A stretch of DNA of 64,000 nucleotides from Aulosira sp. ZfuVER01 (lineage in GTDB: Bacteria; Cyanobacteriota; Cyanobacteriia; Cyanobacteriales; Nostocaceae): contig JAVRCV020000003.1 in NCBI GenBank assembly GCA_034530615.2, positions 10,633 through 74,632 on the forward strand. Reading direction: 5' to 3'. This document shows, piece by piece, positions 23,969-33,631 of this stretch (positions are counted from its first letter, which is position 1; each line of letters starts with the position of its first letter). Below the pieces are notes generated by a model. That model was not told the DNA's origin. It searched no databases and was given only the letters and a program-made list of their open reading frames with translations. Position numbers and translations under genes: made by a program.

Positions 23969-24037
23969 ATAGCGAAAAATATGTTCTCTCAGATACTGAA
24001 GAAGCTCGCGCGGGCACACTGCATGAGGCTGTAAAAG

Positions 24038-26662
24038 TCAAGATGATTGCATCGGATTAACTGGGTTAATTAAACCCTGTGCCGTACCAAATAGATTGAT
24101 CGGATTGCGACCATCGGTAATTAAAACACTTTGTAAACCCAAAGCTTGCAATAATCTTGCCTGCATTTCTGGCCCGGCTTGTGCCATTGCTATCAAGGTT
24201 TCTGCGCCAATCGCTGCTACTTTCTCGCGGAACTCTGCACTGGTAATTTCCGCCATTCGCTGTGCTTTTTCTATCTCTAAACCAACAAGTGCTTGTTGGT
24301 GGGCGAGTTCTGCCATTTGTCGGGCGCGTAATTGCGCTAATTCTGCTTCGGCGCGAATTCTGGCGGCTTCTGCTTCTTGTTGTGCCAAATTTACTGCTAA
24401 TTCGCCTTGAATTCTGGCGGCTTCTGCTTTCGCTCTAGCTTCAGCTGTAGCATGACCTGTAGCTTCAATTGCGGCGTTTTCTGCTTCTAATTCCAGCAGG
24501 TTTTTCCGCTCACTTGCGGCTGCACTTTTATCGACAATTGCTTGCCTTTCTAATCTAGCTTTTGCTTCTTGTTCGATCCGTTCCGCATCATGACGAGCTG
24601 CGGCTTCTTGGGCATCGGTGGTAATTTGAATGGCAATTTGCACCGACTTTTGTAGGCTGTCTAAGGTACGTTCGTCAACAGGCTCAACGGATTGAATATC
24701 AACATTAAATATCACCAAATTATTGGTTCTAAACCGGAATTCTTCGCCAACGTGTCCCGCTTCATCAATACCAAAGACGGCGGTGCGAATAATTCGGGCA
24801 GAATTGCGGTGAAATTCATCAAATTTGACACCTGCTACTGCACCACGCACACGAGATGCGATCGCTTTACAAGCTGTATCGACAAAATCCGGTACTTGAA
24901 ACAGTTTGGCAGCAGCTTGTTCGTCGTGACGCTCAACGTCAAAATACCAGTTATAGGACAATCGCAGTTGGAGGCGTGCATGATCGGAAGTTTCCACGGC
25001 AAATAAATCCGTCATAAAATCTGGCCCTAGTAATAACGCCAGTGACTTAATGCGATGCATTTGTTTGGGTACACCACCTGACAAACTCAACACGGTAAAG
25101 GCTTCATCAGGCCCCAACATTACCAAATCCGGGCCAAAAACAGTGCGCGCAGTTCTTTCTTTATAATCGTGGATCTGAACTGCGGCATTTTGGGGAACGT
25201 GAAACACAACCGCCCTGGTGCGATCGCGTTTTTTGGCTGGAGCTGAATCTGTTTGCACCTGGTGATGCTGTCCGCGATCGGAAATGGGGTCAAGTTTGTG
25301 TGCTAGCAGTTCTTCTACGACGGTTGGTACTTCTTTTTGCCAAAGTTCTTCATAGGGGGTGAGCATATAGGCTTGAGGGCCACTCACTAGCTTAAGTTCG
25401 CCTGTTTGAATATCTCGGACGTAAATTCCTTCATTCTTATCCAAGGGGATAGCTTGGCGTTTCTCAACTACTTCCACTTCCACACGCGGAATGTAATCTC
25501 TGGGGCCAGTAATCATCCACATATCACCAGGTTGGCGTTGAATCCGATTTGCGCCTTCACCTTCTTCCAAAGCTTCTTTAGCGCGGAGTAACAATGCTTC
25601 TTGCTCGCCTAAAACATAAACTTTTTCGATCCCCTTTTCTAAAGATTCTCCAGGATGCAGGAAAAATGAAATTCTACCTTGACGTACCTCACGCATTCCT
25701 AATTGTGGTTTACCTGCATCATCAATTGGGTTAACAACAATACACCATTCTCTGTCACCCAAAATCGTAATTTTAACTTCTCCTACCACCACTTCATAAA
25801 CATCAGGAATGTGGATTTCTGTGTCTTCAAAAGTTACTAACCATTCATCTCCAGCTTTGCGCTGACGACCAAAAACATCGTTAAATGTGCGTTGCGCCCG
25901 CAGATGTAAGGCTGTCTTTTCTGTTAACACGTAGGCATTAATCATGCCCACCACTTCTTCATCAACCCCAGGTAAATAAGCTCCTTCTTCTCTTACCAAC
26001 CACTCTTCACCAGATCTACGCTGATTACCCAGGCGATCGGTGCAATTTTGCCGCGCTAATAAGCGTAAAGCTTGGTTAGGCTTAATGATTTGCGCCGTAA
26101 CTCTTTCGATGACTTCTACTTCTACACGGGGAATATAAGTTCCAGGGCCTTCAAATAGCCACTCATCTCCCGCCAAACGATTGATATTTCTAGTTTGAAT
26201 TTGTCCGTCAACTGTAACGCTAATCGTATCAGTGAAATCTCGAAGCGATCGCAGACGTAAAGCTTGATTAGTCTCAACCACTTGCAGGCGCTTAATTTCT
26301 CCCTCTAACTCTTCGCCAGGATACAGGGGAAATGGTTCTTGGGCAAAACGGATTTCTTCGTCACCGTACCGTAGTTTTACCTGACCGAAGTCATCAGTGA
26401 TGGGTTGATTTTCCGCGTTACGTTGCACTGGATTTGCAACTATACAATAATGGCGTGGTGGAACCACTATCATAGGCTCAGGTTTTAATATCAACCGTTC
26501 GTGGTCGCGCAGAGTAATGGTTTGAGGCCCAACTTCCAATCGGGTAACACCAGTATTGTTGTCTAAAACATGAATAAATTGCTGGGGTTTTAGGCGAATA
26601 ACACCACTAGAAGTTCCCGGAGCATCGCTTTTAGTTTCAATTTTACGTTCGGTTGTATTCAT
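24038..26662 (-). CDS. Major vault protein (MVP) homologue, full length
   Basis: MVP repeats (HVLDNNTGVTRLEVGP, VPPRHYCIVANPV, PFPLYPGE, GDEWLFEGPGTYIPR), shoulder (LGPDFMTD...ETSDHARLQL, ACKAIASRVRGAVA), long Ala/Glu cap helix, cap ring (AGPEMQARLLQALGL...ITDGRNPINLF). Confidence 0.95.
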   Translation of the reverse strand: MNTTERKIETKSDAPGTSSGVIRLKPQQFIHVLDNNTGVTRLEVGPQTITLRDHERLILKPEPMIVVPPRHYCIVANPVQRNAENQPITDDFGQVKLRYGDEEIRFAQEPFPLYPGEELEGEIKRLQVVETNQALRLRSLRDFTDTISVTVDGQIQTRNINRLAGDEWLFEGPGTYIPRVEVEVIERVTAQIIKPNQALRLLARQNCTDRLGNQRRSGEEWLVREEGAYLPGVDEEVVGMINAYVLTEKTALHLRAQRTFNDVFGRQRKAGDEWLVTFEDTEIHIPDVYEVVVGEVKITILGDREWCIVVNPIDDAGKPQLGMREVRQGRISFFLHPGESLEKGIEKVYVLGEQEALLLRAKEALEEGEGANRIQRQPGDMWMITGPRDYIPRVEVEVVEKRQAIPLDKNEGIYVRDIQTGELKLVSGPQAYMLTPYEELWQKEVPTVVEELLAHKLDPISDRGQHHQVQTDSAPAKKRDRTRAVVFHVPQNAAVQIHDYKERTARTVFGPDLVMLGPDEAFTVLSLSGGVPKQMHRIKSLALLLGPDFMTDLFAVETSDHARLQLRLSYNWYFDVERHDEQAAAKLFQVPDFVDTACKAIASRVRGAVAGVKFDEFHRNSARIIRTAVFGIDEAGHVGEEFRFRTNNLVIFNVDIQSVEPVDERTLDSLQKSVQIAIQITTDAQEAAARHDAERIEQEAKARLERQAIVDKSAAASERKNLLELEAENAAIEATGHATAEARAKAEAARIQGELAVNLAQQEAEAARIRAEAELAQLRARQMAELAHQQALVGLEIEKAQRMAEITSAEFREKVAAIGAETLIAMAQAGPEMQARLLQALGLQSVLITDGRNPINLFGTAQGLINPVNPMQSS

Positions 26663-26991
26663 AAATTAATTAATGTTTTTAAAGGTTAAAATTTTTGTAT
26701 ATAGAAATATAACTTCAAATAATTATTTTGACTCTGCGCTCCTGCAACCTTACTCTAATGGGAAATTTTTGCTCAATCCTAACTTATTTGTATAATAATG
26801 TCTCGATATTTTGAATTTAATTAAAGTAGATTTATGTAAATATTTGTGATTGCGATCGCGCAATCGGGGAAGATCGAGGAAGAAACAGCATAACAATCCC
26901 TGCATCAATCTAGTAGATGATTGTGCTACAGAGTAACGCAAAATTATCGGTTTTTATCCGTAAGTAAATTGTTTGATAGCCTGCCATACCT

Positions 26992-27189
26992 AATTGGTGT
27001 CAACTTAACGTGAAAGGCTTTGTTACTAAAGATATTTGATCCCCCTAAATCCCCCTTAAAAAGGGGGACTTTGATTCTTTTCCCCCCTTTTTTAAGGGGG
27101 GGTTAGGGGGGATAGAAAGTTTATGGTGCTAAGAGAGATAACCTCAAAGACTTACGCTGTATACATCTAGGCTTAAGTTGACACCAATG
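26992..27189. mobile_element. MITE, family A copy 2 (9-bp TSD GCCATACCT)
   Basis: TIR ATTGGTGTCAACTTAA / TTAAGTTGACACCAAT; direct repeats at 26983-26991 and 27190-27198. Confidence 0.9.
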
Positions 27190-27294
27190 GCCATACCTGT
27201 GCCACTAATAAGTGTTGATGACAAGCGTTTAAAACATGGCTAAATATCCTCAGCGTTTTGAGAATTTTCCGCAGTTATGAGAATGGGATATTCA

Positions 27295-30200
27295 TCAATC
27301 ATCCTCCTCAGACTTAGCTGGATGTTGCCCAGAAACGATAATAAAACCAACAGAATCTAGGCGAATAGTAGGATTACGAATCCCATCAATAATTACCTGA
27401 TTTAATGCCGTTTCGTTATTAAGTTCTTGCTCCAGTACCGGAGCGGAAAATCGCTCTTGGTTAGTAAGTCGGTTGAAACGCAGGCGTAATTGGTCTAGTC
27501 TCTTACCTAATTTTTGTTCAGCACGGGTGGCGCTGTTTTCACATAATCCAATAAATTCGGGACGCTGACTGAGTAATTCCAAAGATGTGCGATGCGCCTG
27601 ATAGCAAAATTCTGACCAATTGCTAGACTCAATAAAGTTATCAAGAATAGATAAACGACTTTTGGCTAAGTTGTAATCTCGGAATTTACCCCCTTTGCCT
27701 TTATAAGGACGGTGCAGAATGTTTAAAAGTGTTTCATCTTCAACAGCACACATTGGTTCATTTCGTGCATCAATAAATACACTTTCTACAATTGGCGGGA
27801 ATAAACCATCGACCAGTCTTTGCAAAATTTTAGATTTGGGATTGTTTCCTTGGTAATTTGTTAAATTGGTTTCAATAATGTAATTAAATCGGAAACCATA
27901 CCATTCTTCACCTTCTCCTGCGTTCCAAGTTTCTTCAACTCGCCACATCGCAAAAGCTTTACCCCGGTCATCCCAATGGATATAAGATGATAATGCTTCT
28001 ACAAATTTTTCACCAATACGGTAGAGTTTTGCATCAGGTTGTTGATTGGCTACCTCACGGTTAAAAGTCCCAAATTCTTCTAAAACATCTGCAAAATAAC
28101 TACTCAAATCATCTGCTGGAATTAATGTATTTTCGGTAGGTTTATAACGCTTAAGTGTCGAGAAATTAGGATTAGTGATGGTTTTAAAGTTCAATGCCTG
28201 ACAAATCCAATTTTCAGTTATTTTTTGAATTTCTTGATGACGGGCATCATAATCATCTAAAACTTGAAAATATTGGGTAGCACTTTCATCCAAGGCATCT
28301 ATTTCATCTAAGGCGTTTTGTTCGCTAATTTTTACTTGTTCCTGTTCAATTTCTTGGGGAATTATTTCGATACTTTCCAAAATTCCCTTTGCACCAGATT
28401 TAAACAGGATTTCTGCTAATACTGGTAATTTTTCCTCAACATAAAACTGGAGACTAGCAATGGATTGCTTAAAGATATTAAACCCTTCTTTTAATAAGCG
28501 ATACCAGGCATCATGGAGACTATCCGGTAAGTCTACGCCAGCAAATACTGTTAACTCAACGTTCAATGAACGACCAATCCGGTCTATTCTACCAATTCTG
28601 TGTTCTATACGATTTGGCGACCAAGGCAGGTCAAAATAGATCATGTTGTTGATAAATTGTAAGTTACGTCCTTCTTCGCCGGAAGAATCGCAAACTAAAA
28701 TAAAGCATTTGGGGTCTTGTTTAAATTGATTTAAGTTCTTCTCTACTTGAGAGGGAGTTTGTCCAACTTGATGGCTGACAACAGTCCCTTCACCAAAACG
28801 ATCGCTCAAGTAGCGGACAATTTCGGCGCAAGTTTGCACAAAGCTGGTAAATACAACAATTTTTGGCCAACTGTCTCCCGGGATCGGTCTTTTAATCCGT
28901 TGTTGAACCTCTGCAAGCAATTTCGGGAGGTTGAATTTCAAGGATTGTAATTTTAAAGGTTCGCAGAGTTGGTAAAGTATGACTGTCTTGAGTAATTCCA
29001 GGCGATCGCCATCCTCTGAAGGCTGTTCGATAATTCGCAGCAAGCTTTGCAAAATCTCTGCTTCTCCAGCAAATTTAGGAGTTTCAGTGAGGATGCGAAG
29101 GCTATCAGCGCCAAATTCCCGAATTAATTCCGCAGGCGAGACACTCTTTAAACGTGCTTGAATTACTTGTGTAAAAATACCCAACCAAGTACCAGAAGCA
29201 CGGAAGAACAAGAGAAAAATGTGGTGATATTGTTTCTCATCAGGAGCCGCATTACGCCACGCCTCAATTAATTCGTGAATGTCAGGCGATCGCTCGTCTA
29301 AATCGTACTCGGCTCTAGGTGTAATATTCCGGTCAAAAATTACATCTTCTACAGAAGCACGACGATTGCGAAGCATCCTTCTGTGAAGTCTGTAGGTATC
29401 GCTAATATGGGTACGAATTGCCCTGACAATTTCAACGGTATCGTCAGCCTTTGCTTGTAAACTGTTTTCTAGATTGTCTGCCAATTTCAGTAAATACTCA
29501 TCTTCAGCAAACAGATTACGGAGATGCTGGAGATTAGTTTTCAGGACGGAGAGGTTTGCGCCTTCTTGAAATGACAGCAGAATTCGACCAATATCTTGGC
29601 GTTTGACTACCCGATCGCGAAAACCTGCTAAGTCATCAAGTTGATAAGTTTTTGGGTCAAGCAGATGCAGCATTGCGAGAAAATCTTGCTCGTGGTTGAG
29701 AACCGGGGTAGCCGAAAGTAGAAGCAGGCGATCGCTTTTATGGGCAAGATGTTTGCAACTCTCAAAACGCTGGCGCATTGCTGCATCGCTAGAGGTCGCC
29801 ATTGCTGCAATGTGGTGTGCTTCATCTAAAATTAGCAAGCCAATCTTCGCTTTTGGGTTGATTTTATGAAGATTCTCAACCGCAAGCACTGCTAGCCGTT
29901 TGGGAAAGTGGGAGATGTAAAACTTATTTTCTAATTCCTGCTGCCATTGTTGAAGTAAATATTGCGGAACTAGCACTACCACATATCCAGAAGGTTCATC
30001 CAATAAATATTGACGAACAATCGTACCAGCTTCGATGGTTTTTCCTAGTCCAACTTCATCCGCCAGTAGATAGCGTTGAATCGGGTCTTCGAGTACACGA
30101 CGGACAACTTCAACTTGATGTGGATAAAGCTTAATATTAGCGGAAATTAATCCCGTCATTCCCCGACTGACAGCCCGTTGTTCAATTAAGCATTTAACAA

Positions 30201-30600
30201 AAGCAAAGCGCCTATCGTGGAAGTAGGGGGTTTCTTGCCCCTTCATTGCCAGCGTCTCAATGGGGTCTGGTTGAGGTAAACTACAACGCACGTATATTTG
30301 TTGTTCGCTGACTGCGATCGTCTTTTTATCAGGTAAATCAACGAGATACTGATAAAGTTCCTCATCCCACTCGTAAATTCTGCCAATCAGCCATGCTTCT
30401 TGACTTTCCAGGCAAATATAGCATCGAGTTTGACAATCCAGTTTGAAGCGATATAGCGAACTTAAAGGTAAACTTTTTTCTATACGTTTTCCAACTGAGC
30501 AAAAATACTCAACTATTGCCTGAGTATCAGATATCTTAATTACCTTCCCTACGCCCAAGCTGTTATTTCGGGAACGTACCAACGAACCAATTTTTATCAT
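27295..30600 (-). CDS. SNF2/RapA-like helicase, probably DpdE family
   Basis: LLADEVGLGKT, DEAHH, LLSATP, GEEGRNLQF, PWSPNRIEHRIGRIDRIG motifs; the N-terminus resembles DpdE as I recall it. Confidence 0.85.
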   Translation of the reverse strand: MIKIGSLVRSRNNSLGVGKVIKISDTQAIVEYFCSVGKRIEKSLPLSSLYRFKLDCQTRCYICLESQEAWLIGRIYEWDEELYQYLVDLPDKKTIAVSEQQIYVRCSLPQPDPIETLAMKGQETPYFHDRRFAFVKCLIEQRAVSRGMTGLISANIKLYPHQVEVVRRVLEDPIQRYLLADEVGLGKTIEAGTIVRQYLLDEPSGYVVVLVPQYLLQQWQQELENKFYISHFPKRLAVLAVENLHKINPKAKIGLLILDEAHHIAAMATSSDAAMRQRFESCKHLAHKSDRLLLLSATPVLNHEQDFLAMLHLLDPKTYQLDDLAGFRDRVVKRQDIGRILLSFQEGANLSVLKTNLQHLRNLFAEDEYLLKLADNLENSLQAKADDTVEIVRAIRTHISDTYRLHRRMLRNRRASVEDVIFDRNITPRAEYDLDERSPDIHELIEAWRNAAPDEKQYHHIFLLFFRASGTWLGIFTQVIQARLKSVSPAELIREFGADSLRILTETPKFAGEAEILQSLLRIIEQPSEDGDRLELLKTVILYQLCEPLKLQSLKFNLPKLLAEVQQRIKRPIPGDSWPKIVVFTSFVQTCAEIVRYLSDRFGEGTVVSHQVGQTPSQVEKNLNQFKQDPKCFILVCDSSGEEGRNLQFINNMIYFDLPWSPNRIEHRIGRIDRIGRSLNVELTVFAGVDLPDSLHDAWYRLLKEGFNIFKQSIASLQFYVEEKLPVLAEILFKSGAKGILESIEIIPQEIEQEQVKISEQNALDEIDALDESATQYFQVLDDYDARHQEIQKITENWICQALNFKTITNPNFSTLKRYKPTENTLIPADDLSSYFADVLEEFGTFNREVANQQPDAKLYRIGEKFVEALSSYIHWDDRGKAFAMWRVEETWNAGEGEEWYGFRFNYIIETNLTNYQGNNPKSKILQRLVDGLFPPIVESVFIDARNEPMCAVEDETLLNILHRPYKGKGGKFRDYNLAKSRLSILDNFIESSNWSEFCYQAHRTSLELLSQRPEFIGLCENSATRAEQKLGKRLDQLRLRFNRLTNQERFSAPVLEQELNNETALNQVIIDGIRNPTIRLDSVGFIIVSGQHPAKSEEDD

Positions 30601-30698
30601 GCTCTAAATCCACGAAATAGGTTAGCATTAAGCTTTTCATAGCACCCATATAGCCTACTGTATCCGCGTGCTATTCGCTTTTTACAAGATAGCTTCTT

Positions 30699-30869
30699 TC
30701 ACATAGAGAGACAGTTAACGCGAAGCGCTGCATAAGCTATGCTGAGGCTATCTAATACCTCCAGGCGTTCTACCACTTTAGTTAAAAGTGAATCATAAAC
30801 TAAGTTGTCAGCTTGTAATTTCCAATTTGCTACTTTTTGCAGCTTGGTCTGTAAGAAAGCAATTTGCAT
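30699..30869 (-). CDS. Possible 56-aa small protein upstream of the helicase
   Basis: Read manually: MQIAFLQTKLQKVANWKLQADNLVYDSLLTKVVERLEVLDSLSIAYAALRVNCLSM*. Confidence 0.35.
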   Translation of the reverse strand: MQIAFLQTKLQKVANWKLQADNLVYDSLLTKVVERLEVLDSLSIAYAALRVNCLSM

Positions 30870-31113
30870 CACTATTAATTTACCAGTAGTACACCCAAAG
30901 GAAAATAATTATATATTTATATGCTTCCCTTAGACAAGAAAACTCGCGCCTGCGATTTATTTCTCTACACACAAAAATCAGTAAAAATCCAGTATAAATA
31001 ACAACTACATTAAAACTTCCTGGGAACCATTCCTGTTGCCAAACTTACTGCCATATTTTTCATTCCACCACAACCAACCAGTAGAATCTTGACGTTGGAC
31101 TCTTGACTATTAC

Positions 31114-31629
31114 CTATTCTGCCTTCTTTAATTCACTATCACTATTAACTAATATTTTACTCATTTTAGTAACTGGAACAATTATCCCTTTTCTTAATTG
31201 ATGCGGCGCTCTTTTGATAAAAGTAAAACCCAGGTGTGAATAAAAGCCTTCAGCATAAAGGCTCGCAGTTGTAATTACTTTATCTATACCTTGCTCGCTG
31301 GCTTGATTGCAAAAATGTTTCACTAAAACTCGCCCGATTCCTTTTCTTTGGTATTTGGGATGCACATATAAAGCTATTAGTTCATCGACAATATAACTAG
31401 CAAATCCCGCAACTATATCATTTTCAACAGCAACCCAGAAATGGTCTGCTTTCATACTCTTCATGATATTTGAGCCATCAGGCTTGTCACGGTAATTTCG
31501 CCAAGCTAACAGTTCTTTGTGAGAATAGAAAGTTGCTGGTAGTGCTTTTATGGCAGCAATATGAATTGCACTAATATCCCATGCATCTGTTTCTTGTGCA
31601 GGTCGAAGAACGATTTCGTTAGCGCTCAT
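31114..31629 (-). CDS. GNAT family N-acetyltransferase
   Basis: LYVHPKYQRKGIG acetyl-CoA motif; AEGFYSHLGF. Confidence 0.9.
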   Translation of the reverse strand: MSANEIVLRPAQETDAWDISAIHIAAIKALPATFYSHKELLAWRNYRDKPDGSNIMKSMKADHFWVAVENDIVAGFASYIVDELIALYVHPKYQRKGIGRVLVKHFCNQASEQGIDKVITTASLYAEGFYSHLGFTFIKRAPHQLRKGIIVPVTKMSKILVNSDSELKKAE

Positions 31630-31810
31630 ATTTTTTTGTTTAAAGATATCAGTTTTTTATCAGAGATTTAACTTGCGATCGCAATCTGTAAAAAATCTCA
31701 ATTCTTCAGTATCTACAGCCCAGATACCTGACTTCTACAATGGCTGGCTCTTGGCTTAAGATTGCTATACTACCGTCCCCAATCTCTCGATTTCGTATCA
31801 GGAAAATAAA

Positions 31811-33100
31811 ATGTCAAATTTTGAGCTAGTACTTAGGCTGTTGCTACAACTAACCGTAATTTTGGTAACTTGTCGTCTCGTCACTATTGTTGGGAAACGA
31901 TATCTGGGACAAACCGATGTTGTTTGTGAAATGATTGCTGGTGTGATGTTAGGCCCATCTTTGCTAGGTTTAATCAACCCAGACATACAGCAATGGCTAT
32001 TTCCCAAAGCACCAATTTTATTAGCGACGGGAGCAAAAATCCCCAATCCTTCCATGTCAATTCTCTTCGCTGTCAGTCAAATTGGGTTGGTAATTTATAT
32101 GTTTTTGATCGGCTTAGAATTCAATACCGATCTGATTAAGCAGCGACTCAAAAGTGCAGGTTTGGTTTCTGGTGCAGGGATAATTGCGCCTTTTTGTTTA
32201 GGTGCAGTTGCAGCTTTTTTCTTATATGGTAAAGGCGACTTGTTCAAACCGGGAGTGACACCTTGGGCTGCGGCTTTATATCTCGGCGCTTCTATGTCGA
32301 TTACGGCATTTCCCATGTTAGCCCGGATGCTCTACGAACGCGGTATTGCCAAAACTACCTTTGGGACTTTGGCACTAGCAGCTGGTTCCATAGATGATGC
32401 AACTGCATGGTGTTTGCTAGCTATTGTCTTAGCTAGTCTGAATGCGAATACAAGTATTGCCGCCTTTGCCATTGGTGGTGGTATTGGCTACGTGCTATTC
32501 ACAATTTTTGTTGGCAAACCTGCATTAACTATCTTCACTCGCATCGCACACAAAGATGGTGGTGTGACAATTCAGACTTTAACTTTAGTGCTGATGATAT
32601 TGATGTTTGGTGCGTGGTTTACTGATGCCATAGGTATCTATGCAGTATTTGGTGCTTTTATTTTAGGTACAGCAATGCCAAGGGGGGAATTTGCCGAACA
32701 AGTACGCGATCGCACCGAATATTTAACGACGGCATTTTTACTACCAATCTTTTTTGTCTTCTCGGGACTTAACACTCAAATCGGGCTAGTAAATACGCCT
32801 ACTTTGTGGGGAATTACGCTGTTAATTGTAGCGATCGCGATTTTGGGTAAAGGTATTGCTTGTATGCTAGCAGCAAGATTTGCGGGAGAAAGTTGGCGAG
32901 AATCAGCAACTATTGGTGCGCTCATGAATGCACGCGGTTTGATGGAGTTAATTATCCTCAATATTGGTCTAGAGCAAGGCGTAATCACCCCAACTTTATT
33001 TACTATCATGGTTATTATGGCAATTGTCACAACATTGATGGCATCGCCATTAGTTGCCTTTTTATTACAAGGTACAAGTTACGAAAAATCTCCAGCTTAA
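31811..33100 (+). CDS. Cation:proton antiporter (CPA2, CHX/KHA-like)
   Basis: SITAFPMLAR, DDATAW, LMNARGLMELI motifs. Confidence 0.92.
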   Translation: MSNFELVLRLLLQLTVILVTCRLVTIVGKRYLGQTDVVCEMIAGVMLGPSLLGLINPDIQQWLFPKAPILLATGAKIPNPSMSILFAVSQIGLVIYMFLIGLEFNTDLIKQRLKSAGLVSGAGIIAPFCLGAVAAFFLYGKGDLFKPGVTPWAAALYLGASMSITAFPMLARMLYERGIAKTTFGTLALAAGSIDDATAWCLLAIVLASLNANTSIAAFAIGGGIGYVLFTIFVGKPALTIFTRIAHKDGGVTIQTLTLVLMILMFGAWFTDAIGIYAVFGAFILGTAMPRGEFAEQVRDRTEYLTTAFLLPIFFVFSGLNTQIGLVNTPTLWGITLLIVAIAILGKGIACMLAARFAGESWRESATIGALMNARGLMELIILNIGLEQGVITPTLFTIMVIMAIVTTLMASPLVAFLLQGTSYEKSPA

Positions 33101-33224
33101 GAATAATTCAGCCAAAATTTGAGCCTATTTTGAAATCAGGCAGATGGCAGGAGGCTAAAGATTTTCATGCTCTCATTGTGAGCAATTGTTCGTGATTGAC
33201 TGTCTTAAAAATACTTTGTACGGG

Positions 33225-33352
33225 CAGTTTGACGCCGCTTCAAGCCGACGGCAGTCCGCACAACGGGGGGAACCCCCGCAAGCGGCTGCCTCGGAAACCC
33301 GTCCAACGCATTGGCTTCTCAAGTCGGCAAAGCCGCCTACGCAACTGCCCTC
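33225..33352. repeat. Nested small dispersed GC-rich palindromic repeats
   Basis: GGGGGAACCCCC and GTCGGCAAAGCCGCC-type modules within an AT-rich intergenic region. Confidence 0.6.
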
Positions 33353-33631
33353 GTCTTTGTAGTAAAAAAACCACAGAGTCACAGAGCCACAGAGAGAAGA
33401 GAAATATTATTAGGTAATATTTACTGTAAATATTGATTCTTAACTCTTGATTTATCACTCTAGATGTTAAATTAACCACACTTCATTGCTAATTACTAAA
33501 CCAGTGTCGTAACAACAATTAACATCATAAGCTGGCATGATTGTACCTGTGGTGTGTATAAAAAGGTTGACAATTTCTATTGATTTAAAGAATTATCTTA
33601 GGGAAACCGGATAGTCACTTTCGAGGAAACT

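Noticed and set aside
26663..26991. Vault RNA-like ncRNA or TEP1/PARP4 partner next to MVP
   Set aside because: AT-rich promoter-like sequence with no convincing structure; no TROVE, PARP or vWA gene in the window
27295..30600. Complete dpd DNA-modification island or a Cas3 serving the CRISPR array
   Set aside because: No other dpd genes; motifs are SNF2/RapA-type with no HD nuclease domain
33173..33479. Short ORFs between the antiporters (and similar ones at 49071-49353)
   Set aside because: They arise from GC-rich dispersed palindromic repeats
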